Source: Burkholderiales bacterium (GTDB lineage Bacteria > Pseudomonadota > Gammaproteobacteria > Burkholderiales > Burkholderiaceae_B). From it: DNA of 64,000 nt. This document shows positions 9,501 to 19,059 of the stretch, piece by piece; the stretch's first letter is position 1, and each line of letters begins with the position of its first letter. The stretch spans positions 6,533-70,532 of the forward strand of contig JAJTDO010000010.1 in NCBI GenBank assembly GCA_021300475.1, given 5' to 3'. Below the pieces are notes generated by a model. The model ran no database searches. It was not told where the DNA came from and saw only the letters and a list, made by a program, of their open reading frames with translations. The position numbers and the translations under genes were made by a program.

Positions 9501-10557
9501 GTGCATTCAAGGGGCCAATGCTGCGCTGATCCGGCAAATCCACCTTAAAGTTGTTGAGTGTGGTTCGGGTACCCCCCAGATGGTCTTTTTTCCAGTCGAC
9601 GCGCCCAGACCAATTGCTAAGCACCAAAGACTCTTTCAAACGTTCGCTGGCCAAGGTGACGCTGGGCAATTCTGCATCCAGCGTTACGCCCTGAAGCGCC
9701 ATTTTTTCAAAGGTCGCCCACAGGCGCACATCACCGCGGGCCTCTGGCAGCCAATTGGGCGTGTCCGCCCACTGGCGCAACTCCCTCAACTCAACTCCGT
9801 GCACATGCGCGTAAATTTCGCCGCGCCATTGCGTTACATCTGCAGGGCGGGAAGTGAACAAGGGCGTATAGAACTCCAGTTGTAATTCCAGCGGCGAGTT
9901 TTCATGTCCTGCCAATGTTGCGCTGACGGCAGCCTGATGAAAATTCACCAGATTTTTGGTGCGCAACTGCAACTGGGTCACCACAAGTTCAGGTGCCTTG
10001 CGCATGTCATCAAGCCACACAAGGCGCGAATTACGCACTTGTATGTCGCCTTGATTCAAAAGCCAGGCCAGCGCAGCGCTGTCGCCCTCGCCTTGAGTCT
10101 TCACAGGCAGGCCCGCCACCCAAATAACGCCTTTTTCATCGCGGCGCATATCCAGTTGTGCCTCTTCAACCACCAGATGAGACAAGCGGGGCTCCAGCGT
10201 AACCAGAGAGGTCCATGACACAGAGGCACGCACGGAAGGCAAGCTCAACGCGGTTTCACCCGCATCGCCCTTTAGCTCAATGTCTGACAAAACCAACCAA
10301 GGCTCCAGCCCCCACCAAGACACCTGCATGTTTCCCAGCACCAGTTGCCGACCCAACGTGCGCGAAATCGCAGCCTCCAACTCGGGCTTGTATTCTTCAG
10401 CATGCGGTACAACAATGTACTTCACGGCAAGCACGAAGGTGCACACCGAGAAAAACAACACCAGAAGAGAATTGATCAGCAGCCGTTTCATCCGGACCCA
10501 CAATAGCAAGCGCACCATCAAAATGTCAGAATGACTTTTGGGGAAGATGCGCAACAT
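6562..10557 (-). CDS. yhdP: YhdP-family large envelope protein (AsmA-like / DUF3971)
   Basis: The product exceeds 1300 aa and has an N-terminal TM helix (LLINSLLVLFFSVCTFVLAV). The C-terminal motif ILPEVSAAGGSLVYSVMAANPAIGIASFLAQLVLKDPLSKAFSYEYKVSGTWVDP is typical of YhdP. The ORF extends to 10746. The likely start is ATG 10557, 10518 or 10491. Confidence 0.85.
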   Translation of the reverse strand: MLRIFPKSHSDILMVRLLLWVRMKRLLINSLLVLFFSVCTFVLAVKYIVVPHAEEYKPELEAAISRTLGRQLVLGNMQVSWWGLEPWLVLSDIELKGDAGETALSLPSVRASVSWTSLVTLEPRLSHLVVEEAQLDMRRDEKGVIWVAGLPVKTQGEGDSAALAWLLNQGDIQVRNSRLVWLDDMRKAPELVVTQLQLRTKNLVNFHQAAVSATLAGHENSPLELQLEFYTPLFTSRPADVTQWRGEIYAHVHGVELRELRQWADTPNWLPEARGDVRLWATFEKMALQGVTLDAELPSVTLASERLKESLVLSNWSGRVDWKKDHLGGTRTTLNNFKVDLPDQRSIGPLNAQLQLEAQEDGSIAAGQVKISALDVRNLVAVAVYLPFPEAWVSTLLQAQPEGQITRLQWDWHGLADAPETFRIAAAFEGLGMNPLVFGPEQRFPGFKGLSGEFSGDEVGGRWNLSATEGYVHAPEVLQTALVPFSELNTQGRWRRLGSGSKAIMKLDFDTLQVRRADMHLSMNGSLQTQGELLPDVDLSGNFKRVPVNIIPGLMPGFFPPDAISWLATGLRGGMVTEGNWRLKGNLNDYPFKKRNQGEFSLVGKIQGGDLLFDTEWPAITNIEGVVSFDNDTLTVSAKQAKTKDSNLSNVQVKIPSLMADAWVLSVEGLAQGAMSDMVKYVNGSPVNAMLDGLLLETKANGSAKLALTLELPLSVPEQTKLKGTLNFLENDVLLMSGLPQLLKVKGSLEFNESGVSIKNLNGFGLGGPVRLDGGTRPDGSMQFRAEGTASAQGIKRYLSLPTALRISGQTRYGVNIGIKPGVGEPDITVESNLQGLVSDLPAPFVKQAQEVWPFEFRMIPTLSKAGNIVRDELRMYLSSNQGSISQVGLLQGRLERDRTNGKSNILRGAIAVREPLVMPESGFNLNVKVPKLDLDQWQLTQLGDPSAADSNTAGTLTEGSKDTVALMPDRITLKTDQLVFATKVIHDLVLSGTRKKDSWNFDISSAEALGQASWTQNAKTDVAGTLSLKLARLIIPETPDTVVAVVPDPTDYFDTPALDIAVDQFFIGKTNYGKLRLKAVNEGEGQFKQWILRDMQLSNPDATLTAKGEWRREQVGQPRRTRLDFKMDVGNAGKLLDRVGLEKLVRSGTGAVNGRLQWVGPPQSFDYATMNGELSMDIKNGQFLKAEPGVARLLGILSLQSLPRRLTLDFRDVFSEGFAFDQIFANASVANGVLSTSDFKMRGVSASVLMEGKVDLVKETQDLRAVILPEVSAAGGSLVYSVMAANPAIGIASFLAQLVLKDPLSKAFSYEYKVSGTWVDPNIEKVEKRN

Positions 10558-10610
10558 TTTCAATTTTAACCTCTTGTACAAACAATAGTTCTGACCCAAG
10601 CGAAGAAAAC

Positions 10611-13302
10611 ATGGAAGATCAAACAAGTCTGTGGCCGGCGCACTCGGCTTTTGCACAACGCTGGATATACAGATTTCCTGAATGGATAGAGGCATTTGAA
10701 CCTGAGAAACCGCTGCTGTGCGTGGTTTCGGACACACTTGATGCACTGGTGCCCGAGCAGGGGGAAGCCGAGATCAAGCGCCAGTTGCGACTGACGCGGC
10801 AACGTTTGATGCTGGAAATCATGCGGCGCGACCTCTTGGGTCTGGCCACGTTGCAGGAGGTGACGCACAGCCTGTCGCTGATGGCAGACCACCTGATTGA
10901 TGTGGCCTGCCGCTGGGCGCATGAACAGATGGTGGCGCGTTACGGCGAGCCTGCCGACCAAGACAGCCTGATCATCATTGGCATGGGAAAACTGGGCGGC
11001 AAAGAACTCAATGTTTCTTCAGACGTTGACCTGATCTTCACCTATGGTTGCGAAAAGGAGACTGCAGGTGGCCCTACCGGCAAGAAACTGAGCCACGCAG
11101 AATTTTTTGCGCATGTCGGAAAACGCGTCATCAATCTGATTTCCGACCCCACCGAAGACGGATTCGTTTTTCGGGTGGACATGCGTTTGCGCCCGAACGG
11201 CGATTCGGGTCCTTTGGTGGCGAGCCTGGACATGCTGGAGGAATATTTTTTCGTTCAGGGCAGGGAATGGGAACGCTACGCATGGATAAAATCGCGCGTG
11301 GTGAACCGGGCAGCCAGCCAGGCCATGCAGCCCAGTTTCAACCAGCAGTGCAGCGCCTTGGAAAAACTCAAGAAACCTTTTGTTTTCAGACGCTATCTCG
11401 ATTTCGGTGCCATACGCGCCCTGCGCGACCTGCATCAACAGATTCGCCAGGAAGTGCGCAAACGTGAACGCGGACAAGATGCAGGCAGCGTGCATGTCAA
11501 GCTGGGTCGGGGCGGTATCCGTGAAATTGAATTCATGGCACAGGTATTCCAGCTGATTCGCGGTGGCCGGGAACCGGAATTGCAAATTCGCGCCACACTC
11601 GACGTGCTGAAATTGTGTGCGCAAAAAGGACTGATTGAAGAAGAGGTCAGAGACAAACTAACGCAAGCCTATGATTTTTGGCGGCGACTGGAACATCGCC
11701 TGCAATATGTAGAAGACGCACAAACACATCTTTTACCGGCAGATGAAGGCATCAGACAACAAATGGCCATTGCCATGGGCATGCAAACCACTGAAAACCT
11801 GAATCAGGCCATCCAGACTTGGCAAGATTTCGTTGACCAGCAATTCCAGTGGGTATTTTCGGACAAACAAGACGATGAACACGATGAAGTGAGCGCCACG
11901 CAATGGCCGCAGGCCTGGATCGACAGGTTTTCCAATGTCGTTGTAGCGCAATCACGCTGGAGCGACCTGTTGAACTCTCCTCGCTATAAAAGCCTGCCGC
12001 AAGCACACCGAGAGCGTCTGGACAGACTGCTGCCCGCGCTGGTGCAAGCCTGCACCGAGGCGTCCGATCCGGACACAGCGTGGTCGCGCAGCGTGGGGCT
12101 CCTGGAAAGCATTGCAAGGCGCGGAGCGTATTTGTCTTTGCTCGATGAGTTTCCCGCCGCCCGAACACGGGTGGTACGTTTGCTAAGCGCCAGCGAGTGG
12201 GCTGCCAACTACCTGAAGTCACACCCAATTTTATTGGACGAGATGCTGGACGAGCGTAATCTGTATGCCCGTCCAGATTGGCCTTTGTATGAGGCCGACC
12301 TGAGAAAAAGCCTGAGCCTGGCCCGCCTGCCGGATGGCAGCCCAGACCTTGAGGTTCAAATGAACCTGACGCGCGAATTACATCACACACAAGTGTTTCG
12401 CCTGTTGGCGCAAGACCTTGAAGGCTACTGGACAGTGGAACACCTGTCCGACCAACTCTCCGAACTGGCCGACAGCACCCTGGCCGCCATTTTGGATGAA
12501 GCGTGGAAACAGGTGCCCAAACGACACACCGACCATCCGAAATTCGCCATTGTTGCCTACGGAAAACTGGGTGGCAAAGAACTGGGCTATGCCTCTGACC
12601 TCGACATTATTTTTCTCTTCGACGACCCACACCCGCAAGCCGCTGATTTGTATGCAAAACTTGCCCAACGCATGAGCCGTTGGCTGAGCACGCAAACCTC
12701 TGCCGGCATCTTGTTTGAAACAGATTTTCGTTTGCGACCCAACGGTGCGGCAGGTTTGCTGGTGTCCAGCCTACAGGCCTTTGGCGCCTATCAAAAAACA
12801 TCAGGCTCTAACGCGTGCCCGGTATTGCGTGGGCGACCGCGAACTGGGGGAAGCATTTGAGAAATGCCGCGTGGAAGTGCTCAGAAACCCCCGTGAAATT
12901 CCAGCGCTGGCTCAGGAAGTCATGTCCATGAGGACACGCATGCACGAAGGGCACCCCAACCCCACCGACCTGTTTGACATCAAGCACAACGAAGGCGGCA
13001 TGGTGGACATTGAATTCATTGTGCAATTTCTGGTGCTTGCCCACAGCCCGCAACATGCAGAACTGACGGCGAACATCGGGAATATTGCACTGTTGAAACG
13101 CTGCGCCGCCCTGGGCCTGATTGAGGAAACATTGGCAACCGATGTGGGTGACGCCTACCGGAGTTTGCGGGCAAAACAGCACGCCATGCGCCTGGACGGA
13201 AAAGAAACGCCAAGAACCCCATTCACCGAATTTGACAAGGAAATTGCGACGGTCAAGCGTCTTTGGAAAGAAACCATCGTGGCGGCGTCGGTGCAAAACT
13301 AA
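10611..13302 (+). pseudogene. glnE: glutamine synthetase adenylyltransferase/adenylyl-removing enzyme GlnE, reading frame broken near 12790-12800
   Basis: Two consecutive ORFs (10611..12860 and 12715..13302) together make a full-length GlnE. Both nucleotidyltransferase motifs are present (GMGKLGGKELNVSSDVDLIF and AYGKLGGKELGYASDLDIIFLF). The frame switches at tatcaaaaaacatcag, from ..QAFGAYQK to (K)HQALTRARY. The conserved AWTWE segment expected before HQAL is missing. Confidence 0.85.
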
Positions 13303-13306
13303 CAGC

Positions 13307-14005
13307 CTACTTGGGAATTGCCACCTGATTCATGCGCACCAGCACCACCTCTGCCCGGCGATCCAGTGATTCGGAACCCCGGTTTCTGTCGAAATAACGG
13401 GGGGCCGGCAACATGGCTGCCAGACGAGCGGCCTGACCGGTGTCCAATTGTGAAGCACTGACACCGAAATAGTAACGGCTGCCAGATTCCACACCGTAAA
13501 CGCCGTTGCCGATTTCCACCACGTTCAAATAAATTTCAAGGATACGGCGCTTGGACATGACAGCCTCTATCATCCAGGTGATGATGAGCTCTTGTCCTTT
13601 GCGAATATAACTTCGCTGACTGTTGAGAAACAGATTTTTCGCCAACTGCTGGGTAATGGTGGAGCCGCCATGCGTCACCCTGCCCCGTTTGTCATTGCGT
13701 TCACGGGCTTTTTCAATGGCTTCCCAATCAACCCCGAAATGCTGTGTGAATCGCGTGTCTTCGGCCGCAACAGCCGCACGTTTCATCTGGCTTGAAATTT
13801 TTTCATAGGGTACCCAGGCATGCTGCAATTGAGCCTTGGGATTTTTTTCCCGCATCTGCGACAGGCGGATTTCCATAAAACGCGTGGTGTTCGGATTGAC
13901 GAACTTCCACCAAACCACGCAACAAAAAAACCACAACTGCACCACCAGCACTAAAAGCACAAAAACCAGAGCGGCGCGGCGCAGGTATCGGAAAAAGGCT
14001 TGCAT
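13307..14005 (-). CDS. mtgA: monofunctional biosynthetic peptidoglycan transglycosylase
   Basis: GT51 motifs are present: AEDTRFTQHFG, GGSTITQQLAKNLFL and RILEIYLNVVEIGNGVYG. The start at ATG 14005 (MQAFFRYL) overlaps the aroE stop (TAATG). Confidence 0.92.
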   Translation of the reverse strand: MQAFFRYLRRAALVFVLLVLVVQLWFFCCVVWWKFVNPNTTRFMEIRLSQMREKNPKAQLQHAWVPYEKISSQMKRAAVAAEDTRFTQHFGVDWEAIEKARERNDKRGRVTHGGSTITQQLAKNLFLNSQRSYIRKGQELIITWMIEAVMSKRRILEIYLNVVEIGNGVYGVESGSRYYFGVSASQLDTGQAARLAAMLPAPRYFDRNRGSESLDRRAEVVLVRMNQVAIPK

Positions 14006-14838
14006 TAAATCGCTTTCAGGAAAGAGTCGCGGGCCGCCTGCAATACGCTGGCCGTTGGCGGCCTGACACCTCGCCACACCAGAAAGGCCTCAGCGGCCTG
14101 TTCTACCAACATGCCCAAACCATCAGATACCGGCACAGAAAAGGCAGCCGCCTGGTTCATGAACACCGTTGGCTGGGCCCCATACATCATGTCGTATGCC
14201 AACTGCACACCTTCAAACCAAACAGGGTGCAATGGAATGGGTTCACCGGTCAAACCGCTGGATGTGCCATTCACAATAATATCGGCGGGCATGGGTGCGT
14301 GGTCAAACCCGCCCGCCTCAATGTGTACCGATGCGAAGCGCTCTTTTAAACGCTGCGCCAGCACACAGGCTTTTTCCGGCGTTCTGTTGAGCAACACCAA
14401 GCTGCTTAAACCGGCCTCCAGCAATGGCTCCAACACGCCGGCAACCGCACCGCCCGCCCCCAGCATCAACAGCCTGCGGTTCACCAAGGAACCGGTCAGC
14501 CGGCTCAGGTCAGCCAGAAGACCGGCACCGTCGGTGTTGTCGCCTGCCAAGCCGCCACCGGGCAGAAAGCGCAAGGTATTCACCGCGCCGGCACTTCGGG
14601 CCCGGTCGGTTAGGCTGTCACACAAATCAAAAGCCTCAAATTTGAAGGGCACCGTGACATTGGCACCCTTCATGCCGGCAGCCCGCATGGCGGCCAGCGT
14701 GGTTTTAAAACCAGTCAGCGGCACCAGCAAGCGGCCGTATTCAATGGACTGCCCAGTGAGTTCCGCAAACCGCGCATGTAACCAGGGCGATTTGCTGTGT
14801 TGTATCGGGTTGCCAAGAACGGCGTAACGGTCTGTCAT
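14005..14838 (-). CDS. aroE: shikimate dehydrogenase
   Basis: MTDRYAVLGNPIQHSKSP, GANVTVPFK, NTDGAG and LMLGAGGA are typical AroE motifs. I trimmed the start to ATG 14838. Confidence 0.92.
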   Translation of the reverse strand: MTDRYAVLGNPIQHSKSPWLHARFAELTGQSIEYGRLLVPLTGFKTTLAAMRAAGMKGANVTVPFKFEAFDLCDSLTDRARSAGAVNTLRFLPGGGLAGDNTDGAGLLADLSRLTGSLVNRRLLMLGAGGAVAGVLEPLLEAGLSSLVLLNRTPEKACVLAQRLKERFASVHIEAGGFDHAPMPADIIVNGTSSGLTGEPIPLHPVWFEGVQLAYDMMYGAQPTVFMNQAAAFSVPVSDGLGMLVEQAAEAFLVWRGVRPPTASVLQAARDSFLKAI

Positions 14839-14878
14839 GGTTTGAGGGGTGGAATAAGCAAAGCGGTTGGCATGGGTA

Positions 14879-15823
14879 TCACCGTTGTCGGGTCTCAAGC
14901 GCGTCGTTGGTGAACATCCAGGTGCGGGTAATCACCAAAACATCGGCATTTTTCAGCATTTCCGGCGTGAACGCTCCGTAAGGGCCGGCCATCTCAACGA
15001 TGCGCAGCGCCGCTCTGTCCAGCACTGGCAAACCAGAAGATTTGTCCAACTCTACACTTTGCACAGAACCGTCTTTTTTAATGTAGACCGTCAGCCTGAG
15101 TTGGCCGTAGTACTTGCCCTTGGCTTCAGCCGGGTAATTCAGGTTGCCATAGCGCTCCACTTTTTGCCGCCAGCTTTCTTCATACATGGCAAACACATAG
15201 GGTGAGGTACTGGGAGCAAAAAAGTGCAGGCGGGGCCGCTTGTTGTAATCTTCAATTTGTTTTGCGATCTGTGCTTCCAACCGGGCTATTTCGCGGGCAG
15301 AGACTTTAAGATCGTCTGTGGACAATGCAGGCGCAGGTGCGGGTTTGCTTTGCGGTTGCGGTGTTTCCGCAACCTTGGGGCTGTCATTTTGCTCTGGTGC
15401 TGTACGCTCTTTAACTGCAGCCTCACGGGGCTTGAGTGCTTCAGCCTTCAGCGCTTTTTGCTGGCTTTCCAGCTGCTTTATTTTTTCCTCTACCTGACTG
15501 GGCGGTGGTGTTGCAGGTACCACCTGCGCCATGGGAAACGGCGATTTTGCACGCCCTTCCTTTTGCTCGCCCCCCCCGTCAAGCGCCACCTGCGCCAGCG
15601 CATCGGCCTGCTTTGGCGCAGTCTCAGACTCGCTGTTTACCAGAATCACTTCCAGTGTTGAAACCTCAGGACGTGAAGCTTTCGGCGCACTGAAAAAGTA
15701 CACCGCCAAGATCAGATGCACAAACAAGGAAATGAAAACTGCGTTTTTCAGGCTGCGGCGATGCCGTTGCTGCCAAAAAACACCAATATCACCCCACGCT
15801 TGCAGTTGTCCCGTCGCCTGCAT
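14879..15823 (-). CDS. energy transducer TonB-family protein
   Basis: It has an N-terminal TM helix, a Pro/Ala/Glu/Lys-rich linker and a TonB C-terminal-like domain (YPAEAKGKYYGQLRLTVYIKKDGSVQSVELDKSSGLPVLDRAALRIV). Confidence 0.75.
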   Translation of the reverse strand: MQATGQLQAWGDIGVFWQQRHRRSLKNAVFISLFVHLILAVYFFSAPKASRPEVSTLEVILVNSESETAPKQADALAQVALDGGGEQKEGRAKSPFPMAQVVPATPPPSQVEEKIKQLESQQKALKAEALKPREAAVKERTAPEQNDSPKVAETPQPQSKPAPAPALSTDDLKVSAREIARLEAQIAKQIEDYNKRPRLHFFAPSTSPYVFAMYEESWRQKVERYGNLNYPAEAKGKYYGQLRLTVYIKKDGSVQSVELDKSSGLPVLDRAALRIVEMAGPYGAFTPEMLKNADVLVITRTWMFTNDALETRQR

Positions 15824-17819
15824 TACCGTCCTTGATCTCTAAAACTACGTCAGTGGATACTTCCGCTGGTGTTTCTTGGGTTGGTACTCCATTTGCAACT
15901 TCATCTGCAACCTCTTCGGCTTCCAACTCCATCGCCACTTCTACCTGCTCACAAACCTCAATGAGCTTGCAGTGAATATCAACACCGACAAAGTCCAGTT
16001 CCATAACTTGCAGTTTCAACACCGTGCCGCGTGGCTGCCCGGAGAAACCTGGCAGGCGCACAATCAGGGGAATGTCCTGAAACCTGACGATGTCGTCACG
16101 GATCACCACAGCCATGGCTTGGCTGATGTCGCGTTGTTCCAACCAGCGCAAACACCAATAACGCTCCATGTTGGACTGAAAATCAGCATAGGCCTTGTAG
16201 GTGGTGTCAAATGCAGACACCGCGGCAAACAAGTCTGCGTCATTGGCCGCAAACACGGGTGGTGCATTTTTCAGCACGGAAATCAGTTGCCACTGATTCA
16301 CTAAATCCACATAGCGGCGCAAAGGTGAGGTCGACCAAGCGTACTGCGGCACACCCAAACCCACATGCGGTGCTGCATGCGTGGCCATGCGCACCCGGGC
16401 GCCCGGGGGTTGGGTGCGGTAAATGCCAGGCACCTCTTTTTCATGCAACAAACCACCCCAGGTCTGGTTCACGAGAATCATGAATTCCGCGACCAGTAAA
16501 TCAAGAGGTGCGTCCCTGCGCCGGGGCAAAATTTCCACCCGTCCATCCACCACATAAAAATTATAGTCGATGCGGTGGTTGTTTTCCGTTTTGCCACGGT
16601 AGATGTCGCGTTGCTCGCTCAATACGCCCCGCACTTTCCAAAGCAAGGCCAACTCTCTGGCACACAGGAAGTCTGCTGCCGGGTGCGGATCGTTTAAATC
16701 AATGGCATCAAGCGCCTGCGGTGTGACTTTTTCATCCAGCAAGTTGTGACGGAAATTGTGCGCAATGGTGATGCGCTCAATCTTGCTTTCCATCTCGCCG
16801 GTCAGCGTACCGTCTTCAATGCGGGCCTCGACATACAAAGACAAAGCGGCCACTTCGCGCCCTTGTGCCAAGGTCGACAATTCCACCAAGGCGTCGGGGA
16901 GCATGGTAATTTTATCGCCAGGCATGTAGACGGTGGAAAGCCGGTCACGGGCGATTTGGTCCAGCGCATCGCCCCGCTCGCACAGCAAGGCAGGGGCCGC
17001 AATGTGAATACCGATTCTGGCCATGCCCCCTTCGAGGAAGGTCACGGAAAATGCATCGTCAATTTCAGTGGTTGTGATGTCGTCAATTGAAAACGCCTGA
17101 ACATCTGCCAGTGGCAAGGTGTGCGGAGCGGCCACCGCCACTTCGGGAAAGCCGGTGCCCCGTGGAAATTGCAACACCTCAAAAACGCGGCGGTGCATTT
17201 CATGTTCACTGGCAAATACGCCGGTTTTCATCAATACATGTTCCGCCCTTGCGCTTGCACGCTCACAGGCCAAGGCCAAGGCCTTGTACTCAGCCGAGTT
17301 TTTATCGGGTTTGGCCAACAAGTGCGCCGCCACCCTGGCAATTTCAGTGGGCATCTGCCCTGCCACCAAGGCATCGGCCCAAGCGGACTGCTGCTCGGCA
17401 GCAATGCGTTTTTTCTCGGCAGCGGCCAGCGCAGCCTTTAATATCTCAGGCGGAGCCGGCTTGTATTTTCCACGGCCTTTGCGGTGAAAATACAAAGGTG
17501 CAGCGTGCAGCGCGAACAACAATGCCGCAGACTGAACCGCATCGGGTTTGGCACCGAAGTATTCCTCGCCAAAACTCAAAAAATCGAACTCTTGCTGAGG
17601 TGCGCATTCCCATAAAAACGCAGCGTCGAACTCAGCCTGCAAAGCTTGCGCTTTTGGCAGCAACTGACCGAATTCCGGATCGCGAAACTGCAACAAGACA
17701 TGCGTTGCCTTGATTTTGCTGCGCTTGCCATGAGGTGCCTCTACCTGCAGCGTTCCTGCCGCTTCCTGCATGACGTTGCCGACGCGAAAATCACCATCTT
17801 CTTCATAAAGAACAAACAT
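15789..17819 (-). CDS. RNB-domain exoribonuclease (RNase II/R family)
   Basis: RNB motifs are present: FSIDDITTTEIDDAFSV and HVGLGVPQYAWSTSPLRRYVDLVNQWQL. The ORF runs to 17843 (GTG). ATG 17819 (MFVLYEEDGDF) is the more likely start. Confidence 0.85.
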   Translation of the reverse strand: MFVLYEEDGDFRVGNVMQEAAGTLQVEAPHGKRSKIKATHVLLQFRDPEFGQLLPKAQALQAEFDAAFLWECAPQQEFDFLSFGEEYFGAKPDAVQSAALLFALHAAPLYFHRKGRGKYKPAPPEILKAALAAAEKKRIAAEQQSAWADALVAGQMPTEIARVAAHLLAKPDKNSAEYKALALACERASARAEHVLMKTGVFASEHEMHRRVFEVLQFPRGTGFPEVAVAAPHTLPLADVQAFSIDDITTTEIDDAFSVTFLEGGMARIGIHIAAPALLCERGDALDQIARDRLSTVYMPGDKITMLPDALVELSTLAQGREVAALSLYVEARIEDGTLTGEMESKIERITIAHNFRHNLLDEKVTPQALDAIDLNDPHPAADFLCARELALLWKVRGVLSEQRDIYRGKTENNHRIDYNFYVVDGRVEILPRRRDAPLDLLVAEFMILVNQTWGGLLHEKEVPGIYRTQPPGARVRMATHAAPHVGLGVPQYAWSTSPLRRYVDLVNQWQLISVLKNAPPVFAANDADLFAAVSAFDTTYKAYADFQSNMERYWCLRWLEQRDISQAMAVVIRDDIVRFQDIPLIVRLPGFSGQPRGTVLKLQVMELDFVGVDIHCKLIEVCEQVEVAMELEAEEVADEVANGVPTQETPAEVSTDVVLEIKDGNAGDGTTASVG

Positions 17820-17882
17820 GTCTTGAAATACCTTGTGTAGCACTGCCTTGGGCTTGTCCCCACTGCACGGCTAAAAAACTGA

Positions 17883-18464
17883 CTACGATTCAACCGAAAA
17901 AAATACCTCGGTCACCAACAAAGGCGTGCGCTTCAAATGCCTTTGATAGAGCGCACGCCGCGCATACATTTTGCCCTTCGGGACCGATTTCAAACCTGCG
18001 GCAGCCAAGGCTGTGCGTGTTTGCCGACGCAACCGGTGCTGCTCGGGCAGGCAGGCAAACATCAGCGGGCTGCGCACCACCCGCTTGTCCTTGAACAGTA
18101 CACTGCCCAAGGAACGAGAACCCAATACTCGCCAAAACGGCCAGTCCGATTGCGCCCCGAGCAGTTTGACCACCGAATGCGCCACCACTCTGGGGTGGCC
18201 ATCGGCCATCAGCGTGACATTTCGCACACGCGCTTTTCTGGCACCGGGCAGACCCAGAACGACAGACTCATCGGCGTGGGCCATGCCTGCCCCTTGTTCG
18301 TTTACGCAAACTTTGCAAGCACCAAAAAAACGTTGCAGCCGCAAGGTCAGCGACCCTTTGCTGGACAGCCATGCGCTGACCTGCGCAGGCCACGCAGGAG
18401 AACAGCGGGCACGCCAGCGCGCGTTTTTCAAGGCCGCCCCCGGCCCAAACATTCCATGACCCAA
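17883..18464 (-). CDS. ubiC: chorismate lyase family protein (UbiC-like)
   Basis: The size is about 190 aa. The segments SWLSSKGSLTLRLQ and RVRNVTLMADGHPRVVAHSV resemble the UbiC fold signature. This is similarity by eye only. Confidence 0.55.
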   Translation of the reverse strand: MGHGMFGPGAALKNARWRARCSPAWPAQVSAWLSSKGSLTLRLQRFFGACKVCVNEQGAGMAHADESVVLGLPGARKARVRNVTLMADGHPRVVAHSVVKLLGAQSDWPFWRVLGSRSLGSVLFKDKRVVRSPLMFACLPEQHRLRRQTRTALAAAGLKSVPKGKMYARRALYQRHLKRTPLLVTEVFFSVES

Positions 18465-19045
18465 GGCAGGTGCAAATCAAAATCTGAAATGGCGTGGTCT
18501 CCGCCTTCCAGAATGCGGGCAGACGCGCCTTGGTAGCGCGCAATCATGGCGCGGGCATCCAGCACTTCATCGCCTAGGCAGGCCAAAAGGAAATACCGCT
18601 CCATGTGCGTAAGCACTTCCACATTCATGGCATGAAGGTCAGACAAATATTCAGGCACGAATTCAATTTCGGCATCAGAAAAATAGACTTTTTTTCGTCC
18701 GATCTGATCTTGTAAATCTGTCCAGGGCGTCACCGCCGGGTTCAGCAAAACCGCCCTGCCCCCAAAACGCTCTGCAAGCACACTGGCATAAAAGCCGCCC
18801 AAAGAAGACCCGATAAAATCAAAATTACACGCTGGGTTGAACCGTCTTTTTTCTTCCAGCCACTGACTGACATGCGCCATGGCTGCCTTGGGCGACGCCG
18901 GCAAGTCAGGCTGCCACAGGCAGTCCGAGGCACCGCAGGCCTGCATCCAGGCGCGGGTTTTGACTGCCTTCACCGAACCCGATGAAGAGCGAAAACCATG
19001 CAAATACACCAGATAGTCGGCGGACTGCGCGTGTGGGGTTGTCAT
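18428..19045 (-). CDS. YqiA/YcfP-family alpha/beta hydrolase (esterase)
   Basis: The 205-aa product has YLHGFRSS near the N-terminus and the nucleophile elbow GSSLGG. Confidence 0.75.
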   Translation of the reverse strand: MTTPHAQSADYLVYLHGFRSSSGSVKAVKTRAWMQACGASDCLWQPDLPASPKAAMAHVSQWLEEKRRFNPACNFDFIGSSLGGFYASVLAERFGGRAVLLNPAVTPWTDLQDQIGRKKVYFSDAEIEFVPEYLSDLHAMNVEVLTHMERYFLLACLGDEVLDARAMIARYQGASARILEGGDHAISDFDLHLPWVMECLGRGRP

Positions 19046-19059
19046 GCCAGCGTCTTCAT

